From Trichormus sp. ATA11-4-KO1 (GTDB taxonomy: Bacteria > Cyanobacteriota > Cyanobacteriia > Cyanobacteriales > Nostocaceae), in the NCBI GenBank assembly GCA_019358915.1, contig JAHHIM010000055.1, positions 96,001 to 160,000 of the forward strand: DNA of 64,000 nt, read 5' to 3'. The notes beneath the pieces were generated by a model. The model made no database searches. It was not told the DNA's origin and worked only from the letters and a program-made list of their open reading frames with translations. A program made the position numbers and the translations under genes. Below are positions 62,026 through 64,000 of the stretch, in pieces (positions within the stretch are counted from its first letter, which is position 1; each line of letters opens with the position of its first letter).

Positions 62026-62898
62026 GTGCAAGGTTTTCTCAACTTAAACAAACCATTTGACTGGACATCTCACGATTGTGTGGCGCGGGTGCGAAAACTT
62101 TTGCGCCTCAAACGTGTGGGACATGCGGGAACTTTAGATCCAGCTGCTACTGGAGTCTTACCGATCGCACTGGGTAAGGCTACAAGATTATTACAATATC
62201 TGCCAGAAAACAAAGCCTACCAAGCCACTATTCGGTTAGGTGTGCGTACCACAACCGACGATTTGCAAGGTGAAATTATCGCTGCTCAACCTTGTCCGGG
62301 ATTGAATTTGGCAGATGTGAAAACTGCACTGGCACAATTTCAAGGCAAAATTGAGCAAATACCGCCTATTTACAGCGCTATTCAAGTAGATGGAAAACGC
62401 TTGTATGACTTAGCACGTAAAGGCGAAACCGTAGAAGTTCCCAAACGCACAGTCGAAATTTTTCATACAGAAATTTTGGCTTGGCGAGAAGGAGATTTTC
62501 CTGAGTTGGATATAGCGATCGCCTGTGGTGGTGGGACATATATTCGCGCGATCGCCCGTGATTTAGGTGCAATCCTAGAAACGGGTGGAACTCTCGCCGC
62601 TTTAATCCGCACCCATAGTAGTGGCTTCAACTTAACAGATAGTCTCACCTTGAGCGACTTAGAAGCACAAATACAAGCCGGGATATTTCAACCCAGTACT
62701 CCTGATCTAGCCTTACAACATTTGCCATTTGTGACATTACCAGCCATATCTGCCCAAAAATGGTGTCAAGGACAAAAAATTCCCTGCACTCTTGATACTG
62801 GGGAGATAGTGCGAGTTTATGATGAAGAAACTTGCTTTCTAGGTATGGGAAAACTACAAAATGATCTGCTGATACCGACAACAGTATTGAGAAGTTAA
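62026..62898 (+). CDS. truB: tRNA pseudouridine(55) synthase
   Basis: [24 protein letters not shown] at 62026 preferred. Confidence 0.96.
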   Translation: MQGFLNLNKPFDWTSHDCVARVRKLLRLKRVGHAGTLDPAATGVLPIALGKATRLLQYLPENKAYQATIRLGVRTTTDDLQGEIIAAQPCPGLNLADVKTALAQFQGKIEQIPPIYSAIQVDGKRLYDLARKGETVEVPKRTVEIFHTEILAWREGDFPELDIAIACGGGTYIRAIARDLGAILETGGTLAALIRTHSSGFNLTDSLTLSDLEAQIQAGIFQPSTPDLALQHLPFVTLPAISAQKWCQGQKIPCTLDTGEIVRVYDEETCFLGMGKLQNDLLIPTTVLRS

Positions 62899-63014
62899 TC
62901 AACAAGCACTTATCTCAAAAAGTTAACAAAGCTACTAGGCGTAAAACTCCAAAAACTTCTAAGCTAATTGCAGATATTTTAAATGACTGCAATTCAGGAT
63001 TAGGAGTAGCTGTT

Positions 63015-63719
63015 ATGCCGACAATTCATTTGGTGGATGGTGAAAAGGGTGGGGTAGGTAAATCTCTGCTAACTAGAACCATGATTCAGTATTGTCTGGA
63101 TAAAAGAATACCGTTTGTACCTGTGGAGACTGATAGGTCTAATCCTGATGTAGCCGGTGTCTACAAAGGGATATGTCAGTATGCTGTGTTCACTGAAGAC
63201 GAACGGCACGCAGATAAAGCAGATAAAATCTTTGAAATGGCCATGTCTAAGCCAGTCATTGTAAATTTGGCTGCACAATCTCATCGCGCTGTCAAAGGCT
63301 GGATTGATAGAAATCAGTTAATTGAACTGGGAAGTTCGGAGGGAGTGAGTTTTTGCAAGTGGTTTGTGTCTACTGGCGGATATGATAGCCTAAATCTGTT
63401 TGCACAGTCAGTAAATAGCTACGGTGACAAAATACCTCATATTTTGGTGAGAAATTTAGGACTATGTGACGATTGGGAGCATGTTGAGTCTGATGTTGCC
63501 ATTCAAAATCTAGTCACACAATATAGAATTAGAGTCGTAGATTTTCCCAAGTTGGCATATAGAGAAAGAAATATAATTGACCAACATCGCCTGACCTTTG
63601 CGGAAGCACGAGAATATAAGGAATTTGGGGTTCTTGGTAAACAGCGAGTTGTGCAATTTCTTAAACTTGCTTATTCTGCTTTTGAAACAGTGGGTATTTG
63701 GTATGAAGAAGTGAAATAG
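63015..63719 (+). CDS. ParA/MobD-like P-loop protein
   Basis: Deviant Walker A GEKGGVGKS, ETDRSNPDV. Confidence 0.8.
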   Translation: MPTIHLVDGEKGGVGKSLLTRTMIQYCLDKRIPFVPVETDRSNPDVAGVYKGICQYAVFTEDERHADKADKIFEMAMSKPVIVNLAAQSHRAVKGWIDRNQLIELGSSEGVSFCKWFVSTGGYDSLNLFAQSVNSYGDKIPHILVRNLGLCDDWEHVESDVAIQNLVTQYRIRVVDFPKLAYRERNIIDQHRLTFAEAREYKEFGVLGKQRVVQFLKLAYSAFETVGIWYEEVK

Positions 63720-63738
63720 AACAGTATTAAAGCTGTTT

Positions 63739-64000
63739 CTATTCCCACGTTGACACATCTCGTAGCACATCAGGAATTTCCCCTTGTGATAGGGGAAACT
63801 CCAGCATAGTTTCTCTATAACCCAAATATCCAGACTCCGCGAACGACAAAAGCATTCGCGCTAGTGCTAACCAAACCTGTGGCTCATATTCCCAATCACG
63901 ATAACGAGAAGCTCGACCAGCTATTGAACGTAAAGCCCAAAAATAAGAGTTTCTCACCACAGAACCGCCCTTTTTAAATTGTGGTAAGTCCTCGTGGTGC
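63739..64000 (-). CDS. Hypothetical protein, C-terminal part
   Basis: Frame stays open to the window edge (HHEDLPQFKKGGSVVRNSYFWALRSIA...). Confidence 0.65.
   Translation of the reverse strand, partial: HHEDLPQFKKGGSVVRNSYFWALRSIAGRASRYRDWEYEPQVWLALARMLLSFAESGYLGYRETMLEFPLSQGEIPDVLRDVSTWE

Overview
Two compartments. Bases 1-35968 are the right-hand part of an integrated temperate myovirus-type prophage. It carries capsid, scaffold, portal, terminase, sheath, baseplate and tail-fibre genes, a mitochondrial Pol-gamma-like DNA polymerase with an intein, a helicase, a 5'-3' exonuclease and a tyrosine integrase. It ends at a displaced 3' half of tRNA-Ala(CGC) at 35921-35968; the other end lies outside the window. 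Bases 35969-64000 look like the chromosome of a Nostocales-type cyanobacterium (dense HIP1 GCGATCGC, heptamer STRRs): nnr, mnmA, photolyase, ligA, TA modules, a phytochrome/response-regulator/hybrid-kinase cluster and truB. The main signal is a gene-free phage locus (10582-11320, minus strand). There a consensus sigma70 promoter drives a ~620-nt multi-domain structured RNA, directly followed by a 76-nt tRNA-like element that resembles a tmRNA tRNA-like domain (G3:U70 Ala acceptor) with no mRNA-like domain. Other highlights: an LHH/HNH-like nuclease plus acidic candidate immunity gene in the MuF slot of the head module, ~16 copies of a 21-bp palindromic operator over phage -35 boxes, a separate TGACWnAnTA motif before most virion genes, and an apparently catalytically dead C5 methyltransferase. 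All calls come from reading motifs by eye; no searches or folding programs were run.
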